Positions 37,317-47,633 of a DNA stretch of 54,634 nt are shown here, piece by piece. The stretch comes from a virus (lineage: Duplodnaviria; Caudoviricetes). A model generated the notes under the pieces. It was not told the origin of the DNA. It made no database searches and worked only from the letters and a program-made list of their open reading frames with translations. The stretch covers positions 1-54,634 of IMG/VR virus record IMGVR_UViG_3300018080_003388. One strand, 5' to 3'. How positions within the stretch are numbered: position 1 is the stretch's first letter; each line of letters opens with the position of its first letter. Both the position numbers and the translations under genes were made by a program.

Positions 37317-37943
37317 ATGATAACCAAACACGTAGGACGTATAATTGATACGCATAAAAGAGTTGCTGTAGCATATCGAGTTTGTCCCGGTGACCCTGAC
37401 TATTGTCTAGTGGTGTATACAGAGAGTCTAGAAGCTGAGTATCATGATTCCCTGATTAAACTAATCGAATCAAACGCAGGGCAGACAGCGTATGAGCTTG
37501 CTGAAGCAATGGCTAGAACAACGTTACCTGACGGAAGAAATATGTTATCAGCATTTCATTATTTTGGTAAAATAGTGAAAATACCTACTTCTTCGGTAGA
37601 AATGGTTCTAGACAGCAGAAATTCAATTGTTCTAGCAGAATTGAATCAAAATATTGCTGAGCAAAAAGGTGTAACTGTTGATGACTTGGCAATCAAAGAA
37701 GAAAATTCATCTAAAAAACAAACTAGCACAGAGCAAGAGCTGGTTTTAAAAGTAAAAGATATTCTTAGTAAAACTCAAAGCCTTCAACTAGAAGTTGATA
37801 TTCTGCAGAATAAATCCAAGATAACTGACCCTCAGTTTAATGTTTATACCAGTAATCTCTTGAAAGAAGTATCTATTCTAGACGATAAAATAAAAACTCA
37901 ATTCGTGCAAGAAAAAGAAGAACTAGAATTAGATGAAGCATGA
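37317..37943 (+). CDS. Conserved phage hypothetical protein
   Basis: SD gaggt; 208 aa with C-terminal coiled coil. Confidence 0.75.
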   Translation: MITKHVGRIIDTHKRVAVAYRVCPGDPDYCLVVYTESLEAEYHDSLIKLIESNAGQTAYELAEAMARTTLPDGRNMLSAFHYFGKIVKIPTSSVEMVLDSRNSIVLAELNQNIAEQKGVTVDDLAIKEENSSKKQTSTEQELVLKVKDILSKTQSLQLEVDILQNKSKITDPQFNVYTSNLLKEVSILDDKIKTQFVQEKEELELDEA

Positions 37944-38242
37944 ATCATAAAAAAAGTTTTAGCGTTAGTGAAGATTATTGGTCTGATTTGTTTGAAGAGT
38001 TGGAAATCAAGCAAATACCTATGAAATACATAGAGTGTGCGATAATAACTTTTAAAGACGGTACAACATGGGAAGTTGAATTTAGTTCCGGTGAAGACGT
38101 AGATGAAGACGAGTTAGATGAACTAGGACAAGAACTTGAAGAGTTATTTATTACCTATGAAGACGACATCGATTCAATAGACATAAGGCTAGATACTGAA
38201 CGAGTTAGAAAAGATATATCAAGAAAAACTGATAACATGTGA
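37940..38242 (+). CDS. Highly acidic hypothetical protein
   Basis: 100 aa, D/E-rich. Confidence 0.65.
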   Translation: MNHKKSFSVSEDYWSDLFEELEIKQIPMKYIECAIITFKDGTTWEVEFSSGEDVDEDELDELGQELEELFITYEDDIDSIDIRLDTERVRKDISRKTDNM

Positions 38243-38280
38243 AATAAAAATATACGCATTCGTGCGTATATTTTATTTTT
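38243..38280. terminator. Bidirectional terminator with UUCG loop
   Basis: aaaatatacgca-ttcg-tgcgtatatttt between convergent genes. Confidence 0.85.
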
Positions 38281-38325
38281 ATCAAATTGAGCGAAAAACC
38301 ACAAAAGCGTCAGCTTTGCTGTAGT

Positions 38326-41300
38326 TCACTCAAACACTCTATCTCTGAGATTGACTTTCCATCCTATTGCAACTAAATCATTGATACCATTTTCAATTGC
38401 CGTACCGGGATTGTAGGGATCTCCATTGAAGTCTAAACTTACTTTATTATACGTATTTTGGTAGTTAATATTAGGCAAGGTTCCTTGATATGGTTTGCAG
38501 TTTTTTACTATGTTTATTATTTCCAAGAGTTGGGCAGGTGTTATACTCGTACAACCCTCCCATGTTTCTGAAAAGCAGTTATAATTTACTTCTATTAAAT
38601 CTGCGCCTTTGTTAATAAAGTTTATCAGGTTACTGGTATTACCGTTTTTGTCTTTCCATTCTAGTAAATCACAACTATTGAATGCTCCTCTGAAAGATAT
38701 TTTCCTTGTTATTTTTTTTAAATCTATATTAATATTTTCTACTGTGGTTTTTAGATAGCATCTGCTCCATGTTTCAATAAACCATGCACATTTATCGGTT
38801 ATTATATCAGGGAAGTTAGTACAAGAAATGCACCAATAAAATGCACTAGACATATCCTCAACATTAGATGTATCTACGAATGAAAAATCGCTTATACCTT
38901 TACAACTGTTCCATGTAGAAGACAAATTAGTACAATTACTAGTGTCAATAGACGGGAAGCTAGTTAGTAATTCACATCCCCTCCATGTAGAAGACAAATT
39001 AGTACAATTACTAGTGTCAATAGACGGGAAGCTAGTTAGTAATTCACATCCACTCCATGTAGAAGACAAATTAGTACAATTACTAGTGTCAATAGACGGG
39101 AAGCTAGTTAGTAATTCACATCCACTCCAAGTTCCCGTCATGTCAGTTGCGCTTGATGTATCTATTTCAGGAAACTCGGTTAAAGATCTGCAGTCTCTCC
39201 AAGCTGCGTAAAAGTCGTCAACTAGAGCAGTATTTATAAGAGGAAATGAAGTCAATAAATAACAATTTTCCCATGTTTGTCGTATAGTACTTGCACTAGA
39301 AGTATCAATGTAAGGGAACGATTCGAGCAACTCACATCCCCGCCATGCTCCGTCGAATATGATTACGTTTGAAGTGTCTAGTGTTGGAAATGAAGTCAAT
39401 AAAGAACAACCCCACCATGCATTTTTTATATTAAGACAACTAGACAAGTCTATATAGGGAAACGAAGTCAATGAAGAACAATCTTTCCATGCATCTTGCA
39501 TGAATCTTATAGTAGATGTTGATACTGCAGGAAATGACTGCAAAGAAGAACAGCCCTCCCATGTATAACTAATACTATCAGCAGATGTTAAGTCAATTAG
39601 CGGGAAGTCAGTTAATGAACTACAGTTATTCCAACAATAAGCAAATCTTTGACCTTGTGAGGTATCTATTTCAGGAAATGAAGTCAACGAACTGCAGTTT
39701 TCCCATGTGTAGTAAAAGTACACAATGCTAGAAGTATCTATCAAAGGAAATTCAGTTAAGCTAGAACATCCTTTCCAGGTCGAATTCAAGACATCAACAT
39801 TGTTTAAACCTGATAAGTCTATCAAAGGAAATTCAGTTAAGCTAGAACACTCAAACCATGTCCGTTGAAGACCGTTAATTTCTAGATCAGGATTTAGTGA
39901 TATTTGAGGGAAAGAGATTAAACTAGTGCAATATGACCATGATTCGTATAAGCTAATTATTTCTGATGTGTTAAGATCATCAGGGAAGGATGTTATCTTG
40001 TTTGCATTAGTAAATCCACGAAACAGCGATTTTATAGTTATGTTGTCTGCTGTAATAACACTAGATATCTTGTCTGATGAATATCTTGTCTGATAATCTC
40101 CAACAGTTGAATCAGTTAAGAATGACAAATCGTCCCATGTACCAGATATTACCACATTATATGTACCTGCAGACTCGTATACATGAGGTCTGTATTTTTG
40201 ATACCCATTTACTATATCATAGTAACCATCTCCCCAATCTATTTCACCGCTATAAGATCCTTCAGTATCGCTGTTATAAATAGTAAACTCATCACCTGCA
40301 GCAACTGTTAGTTCAAGTTCCATGCCTGCTATATTACTATCTATTTGTATGCTGATGATATTACTGATTTCTGAACTGGTTCCTTGATCATTAGTAGAAA
40401 TTGCTGATATCGCATAGTCTCCGTCAACTAGAGAATCTATATATAATTCATAGTTTCCTGTTGTAGACTCTTGCGCTGTTCCTAGTAACACTGATTGGTT
40501 ATAAACACTGACAGTATCTCCGGGATCAGCTGTTATTTTTACAGTAAACGCATTATATCTAGTAAACCCGGACACTGATTCTTCTTTTATATTGAACAAC
40601 CCTTGTATTACAGGGTCAGAAGGAATATCATCTGTGCCTTGTATAGTTATGGTTATAGTTTGTTGGGTACCGTCGGTGGCAGTGAATGTTGTAGTATCGT
40701 ATACTGTATCACTGCCGGTAAGAGATTGCACACTTGATTGATCTAGTGTATAAGTCCATGCTCCGTTATTTAGAGAAAATACTCCATATGAGTTATCTCC
40801 GTTTACAGCAGCAACATTTTCAAAAACAACCCCGGGATTATCAAAGTCTACGATATTCAGTGATCCTGCTGTTATTCCGTCGGTGCTATCCAGATCTCCT
40901 TCGGACACCGTTCCTGTAAAGTCTCCTACAATGATAGGACTGTCATCTGTTCCTTGTATGGTAATTTCTATACTTTTTTGATCACCGTTGGAGGCTGTAA
41001 AAGTAGCAGAGTCAGTCACAGTGTCACTGGCTCCTAGTGATTGAACAGATGCTTGGTTTAGTGTATAGGTCCATGTTTGTCCGATGAGATCAAATACACC
41101 GTAGGAATTAGATCCTAGCATATTAAAAACGGGAGCAAAAGAAACATCATCATCAGCATCATTTATAGACAAGGTTCCAGAAATGCTAGAAACTGCATCT
41201 TCGATGTTACCTTCAAAAATAGTTCCCGTAAAGTCGCCAAAGATCACGGCTCCGTCATCAGTTCCTTGTATAGTGACTTCTATTTTTTGTTGGTCTCCTT

Positions 41301-42645
41301 TAACGGACGTATATGTGATAGAGTCTGTTACTTGGTCGGAAATATTTAAATTCTGAACTGCTGACTGATCTAAGGTGTATGTCCATGTATTACCTATTAG
41401 ATCAAATGTCCCGTAGTCATTGTCACCTCGTTGATTAACAAGGGTATTAAATATATTATCTTCGTCGTCTATGTCAGTTATTTCTAAAGTCCCAGATACT
41501 GTTACCGGAGCATCGCCTTCGTCGCCTTCGGACACTGTTCCTGTGAAGTTTCCGGATATAACAGCAGGATTATCAGCTCCTTGTACGGTTATGTTAATAT
41601 CAACTTCTTCTCCATTAGAAGCTACGATAGTGAATGTTTCTACAGCTTGATCACCTTCTCCCAGCGTCTGCGACTTGTTTACGTCTATTGAATAGACCCA
41701 GGACCCGTTGTTGATTGAAAAATATCCATAATCTCCTTCTAGTGATATGTCATTGAATGTGACTCCGGGACTATCAGGGTCGATAATAGTTAACTGGCCC
41801 TGTATGCTTGTCTCAGCGCCTTCGGTTATAGTTCCTGACCGGTCACCGGATATAATAGATTCATCATTTGTTCCTAGTATAGTAACAGATATTTTTTGTT
41901 GTTGTCCGTTAGTAGCAGTAAACACCGCGTAATCTTCTGCGATTTCACCGTCAGTCAGTGATTGAACTGCTGATTGATTTAGTGTATAAGTCCACACACC
42001 GTCAATTAGTTTGAATACTCCGTAATTGTTTTTCCCTGATTTATTATAGACATTTTTAAAGCTAGCGTCGGTATCTTCTGGGTCATATATAAACAATTCT
42101 CCTTGTGCGGTTACAGATTCATCGCCTATATCTCCTTCAGTTACTGTGCCTGAAAACTCTCCGTTTATGCCTGATCGAACCCATTGCTTGATATTATTGC
42201 GTTCAATTACCAAGAATTGTTGGTTTATTGATTGGGTTTTATTGTATATCAGTGTTTTTATAGTAAACCCTGTGGAATACTGTTCAAGCGGTAGCAAGAA
42301 GTTGAGTTGTTCTATTATGCCATCGAGTGCAGTGGAACTTGAAAGATCAGAATCGTTAGTAAATATACTCAACGTGTTATTGGATATGCTAGAAAACAAG
42401 TTATCATTGTAAATTCCAATTGTTTTAGAATTTTGATCATACCATATCTGTCCTTCTATAGGATTATTTGGTGATTTAATATCACAAAAATTATCTAGTA
42501 GTTTTACAAAGTTTTGATTGATCAAGTTACCATGATTGTTATAGTCAAAACCTATCAGAGATATTTGACTATAGTCTTGATTTATTTTATTATTAGAAAG
42601 ATTTACTAGAACAGATCCGTTGGTTTTATTAATTTTATAACTCAT
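38326..42645 (-). CDS. Large tail/adhesin-like protein: anchor domain + VCBS-like repeats + Ig/PKD-like domains + DUF285/BspA-like leucine-rich repeats
   Basis: YG.F.L....WTYTL.Q...ITI.GTDD repeats; IDWGDG; ~24-aa TWxxCSSLTxFPxIDTS repeats; start placed at ATG 42645. Confidence 0.8.
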   Translation of the reverse strand: MSYKINKTNGSVLVNLSNNKINQDYSQISLIGFDYNNHGNLINQNFVKLLDNFCDIKSPNNPIEGQIWYDQNSKTIGIYNDNLFSSISNNTLSIFTNDSDLSSSTALDGIIEQLNFLLPLEQYSTGFTIKTLIYNKTQSINQQFLVIERNNIKQWVRSGINGEFSGTVTEGDIGDESVTAQGELFIYDPEDTDASFKNVYNKSGKNNYGVFKLIDGVWTYTLNQSAVQSLTDGEIAEDYAVFTATNGQQQKISVTILGTNDESIISGDRSGTITEGAETSIQGQLTIIDPDSPGVTFNDISLEGDYGYFSINNGSWVYSIDVNKSQTLGEGDQAVETFTIVASNGEEVDINITVQGADNPAVISGNFTGTVSEGDEGDAPVTVSGTLEITDIDDEDNIFNTLVNQRGDNDYGTFDLIGNTWTYTLDQSAVQNLNISDQVTDSITYTSVKGDQQKIEVTIQGTDDGAVIFGDFTGTIFEGNIEDAVSSISGTLSINDADDDVSFAPVFNMLGSNSYGVFDLIGQTWTYTLNQASVQSLGASDTVTDSATFTASNGDQKSIEITIQGTDDSPIIVGDFTGTVSEGDLDSTDGITAGSLNIVDFDNPGVVFENVAAVNGDNSYGVFSLNNGAWTYTLDQSSVQSLTGSDTVYDTTTFTATDGTQQTITITIQGTDDIPSDPVIQGLFNIKEESVSGFTRYNAFTVKITADPGDTVSVYNQSVLLGTAQESTTGNYELYIDSLVDGDYAISAISTNDQGTSSEISNIISIQIDSNIAGMELELTVAAGDEFTIYNSDTEGSYSGEIDWGDGYYDIVNGYQKYRPHVYESAGTYNVVISGTWDDLSFLTDSTVGDYQTRYSSDKISSVITADNITIKSLFRGFTNANKITSFPDDLNTSEIISLYESWSYCTSLISFPQISLNPDLEINGLQRTWFECSSLTEFPLIDLSGLNNVDVLNSTWKGCSSLTEFPLIDTSSIVYFYYTWENCSSLTSFPEIDTSQGQRFAYCWNNCSSLTDFPLIDLTSADSISYTWEGCSSLQSFPAVSTSTIRFMQDAWKDCSSLTSFPYIDLSSCLNIKNAWWGCSLLTSFPTLDTSNVIIFDGAWRGCELLESFPYIDTSSASTIRQTWENCYLLTSFPLINTALVDDFYAAWRDCRSLTEFPEIDTSSATDMTGTWSGCELLTSFPSIDTSNCTNLSSTWSGCELLTSFPSIDTSNCTNLSSTWRGCELLTSFPSIDTSNCTNLSSTWNSCKGISDFSFVDTSNVEDMSSAFYWCISCTNFPDIITDKCAWFIETWSRCYLKTTVENINIDLKKITRKISFRGAFNSCDLLEWKDKNGNTSNLINFINKGADLIEVNYNCFSETWEGCTSITPAQLLEIINIVKNCKPYQGTLPNINYQNTYNKVSLDFNGDPYNPGTAIENGINDLVAIGWKVNLRDRVFE
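38911..39129. repeat. 3 x 72-bp near-perfect in-frame tandem repeat
   Basis: Units start at 38911, 38983 and 39055; each encodes one 24-aa LRR. Confidence 0.95.
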
Positions 42646-42647
42646 GA

Positions 42648-43109
42648 CTAGTTTATTTTTTTCCAAGAATTGTTATATATTTCATAGTGATGATAATAAG
42701 TGTTAAAATCAGTGCTTATCACTACTTTTGCATGTTTACCTTCAGGATAATTATCAGAAGGGTATAAAAATTCCAAGCGTTCTTGTGTTTGATTTTCGAT
42801 GTCTGCTGCAGTGTTGAGATTTGTATAAAGCGACAGTGATATAGAATTCAATGGTGTAAATACTTGTCCAGTAAAAACATTCAAAGTCATCGAGCTAGTA
42901 TCATACCAAAGTTGTCCTTGGATAGGATTAACGGGAGGATAATGATAAGCAAAGTTTTCTAGTAGCTTAATAAAATTTTCATTAACGAGTTCGCCAAATC
43001 CTATATAATTTTTTCCTATAAGATTGATCCCGCTATAATCATTGTTGATTTTTCCATCTTGTACATTGGCTAGTAGAGATCCGTTGGTTTTGTTTATTTT
43101 ATATGGCAT
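42648..43109 (-). CDS. Short paralogue of the tail-protein anchor domain
   Basis: MPYKINKTNGS...ENFIKLLENF...NPIQGQLWYD; GATAAATA on the minus strand at 43146-43139. Confidence 0.75.
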   Translation of the reverse strand: MPYKINKTNGSLLANVQDGKINNDYSGINLIGKNYIGFGELVNENFIKLLENFAYHYPPVNPIQGQLWYDTSSMTLNVFTGQVFTPLNSISLSLYTNLNTAADIENQTQERLEFLYPSDNYPEGKHAKVVISTDFNTYYHHYEIYNNSWKKIN

Positions 43110-43155
43110 CTGTGCTATCTCGATTTGGTGATTACAGTTATTTATCAAATAGACG

Positions 43156-43184
43156 TTGACATACTAGTGCTAGTGTAATAGAAT
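43156..43184 (+). promoter_or_regulatory. Sigma70-like promoter TTGACA-N17-TAGAAT
   Basis: Upstream of the deaminase operon. Confidence 0.78.
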
Positions 43185-43215
43185 AACTGAACTTATAAAT
43201 AACGCAGAGAGTCTT

Positions 43216-43632
43216 ATGAACAAACGAGTTCTGAGTATGTTGACCAAACTAGCAATTGAAAATCCCGGACTACAAAACAGATTCAAGCTCTCAGCAGGGG
43301 TAGTATATAAAAAGAATCTTATATCCACGGGTGTAAATTCTTATAAGTCTCATCCCATGATGAAAGGACCGGGATACAATCCCGAACAGATTTTTATGCA
43401 TGCTGAAGTGGATGCAATAAGAAATGCGCTGAGACTTATACCGCAACAAGAAATGGAAAAAACTGAACTGTATGTTGTAAGAGTTAGGCGTCCTTGCGGG
43501 AATACTAAAAAGTGGGTGTATGGGATGGCTAAGCCGTGTGCAGGTTGTATGATGACCATAGCTAGTTTCAATATATCCAAGATCTTTTGGACTACTGATG
43601 AACTAGAAATAGATAATAATTTTATTATATAG
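43216..43632 (+). CDS. Zn-dependent cytidine/dCMP deaminase-superfamily protein
   Basis: HAE (MHAEVDAI) and PCxxC (KPCAGC). Confidence 0.85.
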   Translation: MNKRVLSMLTKLAIENPGLQNRFKLSAGVVYKKNLISTGVNSYKSHPMMKGPGYNPEQIFMHAEVDAIRNALRLIPQQEMEKTELYVVRVRRPCGNTKKWVYGMAKPCAGCMMTIASFNISKIFWTTDELEIDNNFII

Positions 43633-43640
43633 GTATTAAC

Positions 43641-44915
43641 ATGATAAAAAGCAAAACAAAAAGGAAAACAAAATCTGCAAATTTCAATAAATCTTCTTAT
43701 GTAGATTTTTCAGAATGGGAATCATGGAGCGGGCAAAAGTATCATTCTATGCTTTTGAAAGCTAGGTTTTATTATTATGAAAATCTAAAGTTATCTGAAC
43801 TTGTTCCCGAGATATGGACATGGATGAAAGAAAACGGATACAGCAATCAAGACGTTGCATGTGCAAAAATAGCACACACTGCGTCAGGAGCACTAGGGTA
43901 TTCTATTGCTATATTTTGCAAGTTGTTAAATCAAGGTGTGCCTGATTATAACCCTGCTTATGAAGAGTATTGGGTTTCATTACCTGGCACTTCTAATCAC
44001 TTGAAGCCTATTTCTGAATCTATAAAACCTTATATTGAAAAAGCAATAACACAAGGACAAAAGATACAGAAGTCATCGGATATAAAGAAACCTGCTAAAT
44101 CTAAATCTCCTAATGTACAAGAGATATTAAATGATCAAGCAATTAAAATTGCCGAAGACATTGATGCTTGGTTAGATGAATTTGTTGAAAACAAGTTCGA
44201 ATTTGATCCTGAATCATTTGATATAAAAAAGTATTTTCTAAAAAAAGAGATAAATCAGGCTCATGCTAGAAAAATTCAAAAATTCTATATCGGGGAACTC
44301 GAAGAATTCAAGAGTTTGTTGAGTATCCCTTCGCCATCAAAGTTATCTAAGCTAGAAGATAGTGAACAAGATTATTGGCATCAACTAAAAGAAGGTTATA
44401 AATTCTACAGAAAAACCGACATTAAAAAATACATTTCTGCACTAGAAAATGTGATAGGATCTTGTGAATTTCTTATCGAAACTAATAAATCAACTAAAAC
44501 AATTAGAAAATCCAAGCCCAAGCCAGCTTCAAAACTAGTTGAAAAACTAAAATATAAAAAAATATGTGACAAGTACGCTTTAACTAGTGTTTCTCCTGAG
44601 AGTGTTGTCGGAGCTAATGTACTATGGGTCTTTGATACTAAAACTAGGAAGCTGGGAAAATATGTAGCTAGTAATCCAGATCCCAAAAATCAAGGTCGTC
44701 CAGGCAGCGGGTTGAGTGTCAAAGGTACAACAATAACCGGATTTGATACGGAACAGAGCATACAAAAAACTCTGAGGCAACCTGAACAAGCGTTGAAAGA
44801 ATTCAAGTCTAGCGGAAAAGTTGCACTGCGTAAGTTTCTAGATAACATAAGCACTGTAGATACAAAGTTGACTGGCCGTTGCAATGAGAATATAATACTA
44901 TTAAAAGTACACTAA
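43641..44915 (+). CDS. Conserved large-myophage hypothetical protein
   Basis: 424 aa; C-terminal LWVFDTKTRKLG..GLSVKGTTI..QKTLRQP. Confidence 0.75.
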   Translation: MIKSKTKRKTKSANFNKSSYVDFSEWESWSGQKYHSMLLKARFYYYENLKLSELVPEIWTWMKENGYSNQDVACAKIAHTASGALGYSIAIFCKLLNQGVPDYNPAYEEYWVSLPGTSNHLKPISESIKPYIEKAITQGQKIQKSSDIKKPAKSKSPNVQEILNDQAIKIAEDIDAWLDEFVENKFEFDPESFDIKKYFLKKEINQAHARKIQKFYIGELEEFKSLLSIPSPSKLSKLEDSEQDYWHQLKEGYKFYRKTDIKKYISALENVIGSCEFLIETNKSTKTIRKSKPKPASKLVEKLKYKKICDKYALTSVSPESVVGANVLWVFDTKTRKLGKYVASNPDPKNQGRPGSGLSVKGTTITGFDTEQSIQKTLRQPEQALKEFKSSGKVALRKFLDNISTVDTKLTGRCNENIILLKVH

Positions 44916-44926
44916 GAGGAAAAACA

Positions 44927-45355
44927 ATGTCAAAAATAACAGCAACTAGATATCATGATTTTAGCACAGGACATCGTGTATACGGACATGAATCCAAGTG
45001 TTCTCATTTACATGGGCATAACTATCGAATAACTTTTTTTGTAGAAGCGCAAGAACTGGATAATATCGGCAGAGTAATGGATTTTGGTGTAATAAAGACG
45101 CTGCTGTGTAACTGGCTAGAAGAAAATTGGGATCATAAATTCTTGATATGGGAAAAAGATCCTTGGTGCACACATCTACAAGATATTGATCCAGAAGGAA
45201 CGGTTATTGTAGATTTTAACCCCACTGCAGAAAACATGGGAGAATTTCTAGTAAATAAAATTGGACCCAAGCAGTTAAAAAATACCGGTGTTGTACTAAC
45301 AAAGGTTATCATTGAAGAAACTCGTAAATGTTCAGCAGAAGTTTGTGTTAGTTGA
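44927..45355 (+). CDS. queD: 6-carboxy-5,6,7,8-tetrahydropterin synthase
   Basis: GHRV, CSHLHGHNY (CxxxHGH), MDFG, WDHKFL, NPTAEN, EET. Confidence 0.93.
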   Translation: MSKITATRYHDFSTGHRVYGHESKCSHLHGHNYRITFFVEAQELDNIGRVMDFGVIKTLLCNWLEENWDHKFLIWEKDPWCTHLQDIDPEGTVIVDFNPTAENMGEFLVNKIGPKQLKNTGVVLTKVIIEETRKCSAEVCVS

Positions 45356-46053
45356 TGAATTACGTTGTTTGCATAAAGCAAGGATCAAAGTATGATTCTA
45401 GATATGTGAATATACTTTATAATATGGTTACTAGAAATCTAAGACTAGATCATGAGTTTATTTGTTTTACAGATGATACTCATGATCTAGAGTCTGGTAT
45501 ACGGGATAAAAAATTAGATAAAAATATAAATTTACCGGGGTGGTGGAATAAAATATTACTTTTTAACAAAGATCTTGATATACGAGGTACTGTATTGTTT
45601 CTGGACTTAGATATTGTCATACATTCTAGTATAGATATCTTGTTTACATATCAAGCAGGTAAATTTGCAATAATACGAGATTTTACCAGATATGCTAGGA
45701 AAAAAACAACAAAGTTTAACTCTAGTGTGTTTAGACTAGAAACAGCACAAATGTCATATGTGTATGATAGGTTCATATCTGATCAATCACGCATAGGAAA
45801 AATGTTCAAAGGTGATCAAGAATGGATTAATCACTGTGTTGACGGTGATTATTGTTTTTGGCCGGATGAATGGATACAGAGTTATAAATGGGAGTTCAAA
45901 AAACAATTTTCCTGCGCATCAGGAAGATACCTTATTGATTGCAGTAATTCATCTAGTGATGATATAATATCTAGATCTAGTATACTAGTATTTCACGGTG
46001 ATCCCAAGCCTCATGAATGTGGTGATCATTTTATACAACAACACTGGCGATAA
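45355..46053 (+). CDS. GT-A fold glycosyltransferase
   Basis: WWNKI, FLDLDIVI (DxD), FNSSV, GDQEWI, FHGDPKP; TGATG coupling to queD. Confidence 0.82.
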   Translation: MNYVVCIKQGSKYDSRYVNILYNMVTRNLRLDHEFICFTDDTHDLESGIRDKKLDKNINLPGWWNKILLFNKDLDIRGTVLFLDLDIVIHSSIDILFTYQAGKFAIIRDFTRYARKKTTKFNSSVFRLETAQMSYVYDRFISDQSRIGKMFKGDQEWINHCVDGDYCFWPDEWIQSYKWEFKKQFSCASGRYLIDCSNSSSDDIISRSSILVFHGDPKPHECGDHFIQQHWR

Positions 46054-46064
46054 AAGGCAAATTA

Positions 46065-47096
46065 ATGTTCAATCAAGCAATTAAACGTATAGGTTATGCA
46101 TGCAAGACTTCTAGAATTTCTGAAAAAAACAAACTAGAATCTATACCAGAACTAAATTTCAAAACTACAACTGTTGCATGGCTAAACAGACAAACTACTC
46201 GTGTTGCAGAACAGAGATTAGAAGATCTAGCAGTGCACAATATCCAATCTTTGGAGAATGTAGTTAATTACTTATCAACGCTAGAACCTTCTTCACGTCA
46301 GTTCAGAATCGGCAGTGATTGTTTACCTGTGTATACCGAGAATACGTGGAAGGGATTTTGGAAAAATACAGACATGAAAAACTACTGTGAACGCAGATTT
46401 TCACGCATAGGTGATCTAGCAAGAAAAAATGATATACGTTTGAGCTTCCATCCCGGCCAGTTTACGGTACTAGCTAGTGACAATCCTGATATTGTTGAAA
46501 AAAGTATAGAAGAGATGGAATATCATGCAGATATGGCTAGGTGGATGGGATACGGTAAAGAGTTCCAAGATTTCAAAATAAATGTTCATATATCGGGTAA
46601 ACAAGGACCTGCAGGTATCAAGCGAGCACTTCCTCGTTTATCCAGCGAAGCTAGAAACATGATTACCATCGAAAATGAAGAAATGAAATGGGGTTTGTCA
46701 GACACACTAGAATTAAGAAATGATCTAGCGCTGGTACTAGACATACATCACCATTATATAAATTCGCAAGGTGAATTTATTCGTCCCTCTGATGATCGAT
46801 TTAAAATGGTTATGGATAGCTGGAGAGGAGTAAGACCGGTGATTCACTACAGCGTGAGCAGATCAGAGTACTTAACTGAAGTGGATGATTCTACGCTTCC
46901 TGACTATAAATTGTTACTAGAACAAGGGCATAAAAAAGGCAAGCTTCGTGCTCACAGTGACTATTTTGATAACACCGCATGCAATGACTGGGCACTAGAA
47001 TTTTTAGAATATGCAGATATAATGACAGAGTCCAAAGCAAAAAATTTATCATCATCGAAACTTTTTGCTTATGCTAAACAACGAGGTATTATCTAG
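46065..47096 (+). CDS. uvsE: UV-damage endonuclease
   Basis: IGYAC, FRIGSD, RLSFHPGQF, IENEE, LDIHHH, AHSD, ESKAK. Confidence 0.92.
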   Translation: MFNQAIKRIGYACKTSRISEKNKLESIPELNFKTTTVAWLNRQTTRVAEQRLEDLAVHNIQSLENVVNYLSTLEPSSRQFRIGSDCLPVYTENTWKGFWKNTDMKNYCERRFSRIGDLARKNDIRLSFHPGQFTVLASDNPDIVEKSIEEMEYHADMARWMGYGKEFQDFKINVHISGKQGPAGIKRALPRLSSEARNMITIENEEMKWGLSDTLELRNDLALVLDIHHHYINSQGEFIRPSDDRFKMVMDSWRGVRPVIHYSVSRSEYLTEVDDSTLPDYKLLLEQGHKKGKLRAHSDYFDNTACNDWALEFLEYADIMTESKAKNLSSSKLFAYAKQRGII

Positions 47097-47581
47097 TTAT
47101 AGTATAAACGTATTTCTAAACTTCTAATGTATACTAGATTTGAACTAGGATATTGCTGGTGAGGTTGAACATCTACAAGAACACCAAAAGAAGGATCAAT
47201 AAATGAAACATCGGGTTTGGTTTTCCACAAATCATCAGGTGACCCGTATATATGAACGTTTTCAGCATATAAATCGGCTTTGTTTTCACTGATTATTTTA
47301 TCTTGATACAAGCATATGGTTTTGTCTTGTATTCTAGCTAATCGGGATATGTCTAGTTTTACTTCTATGCCTAGTATCTCGGTGTAAGAAATTAATGGAA
47401 AATCAAAATTATAAAAGACTACTGCATTGGTTTCTCTGGGTAATAAATCTCCATAAGGCAGTGCTGTAGAAAATGCCGGAGTTGCTGAAACTAGATCTTC
47501 GGTGGTTAGTTGTTTGAATTCTATTTCATCTTCTTCGGCATATTTTATATTTTTAGGTTCTATCCATCCGGTATCATTCAT
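47093..47581 (-). CDS. Hypothetical beta-rich (probably virion) protein
   Basis: 162 aa; CATAAATA 5 nt upstream on the minus strand. Confidence 0.65.
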   Translation of the reverse strand: MNDTGWIEPKNIKYAEEDEIEFKQLTTEDLVSATPAFSTALPYGDLLPRETNAVVFYNFDFPLISYTEILGIEVKLDISRLARIQDKTICLYQDKIISENKADLYAENVHIYGSPDDLWKTKPDVSFIDPSFGVLVDVQPHQQYPSSNLVYIRSLEIRLYYN

Positions 47582-47586
47582 AGTAA

Positions 47587-47628
47587 TATTTATGATAAAT
47601 TATCAGAAACACGCTGCATGTATAAATA
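47587..47628. promoter_or_regulatory. Divergent late-like promoters
   Basis: Minus-strand CATAAATA at 47594-47587; plus-strand TATAAATA at 47621-47628. Confidence 0.6.
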
Positions 47629-47633
47629 TCATT

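Noticed and set aside
38911-39129. Diversity-generating retroelement TR/VR pair
   Set aside because: These are adjacent coding tandem repeats that are almost identical; no reverse transcriptase is in the window.
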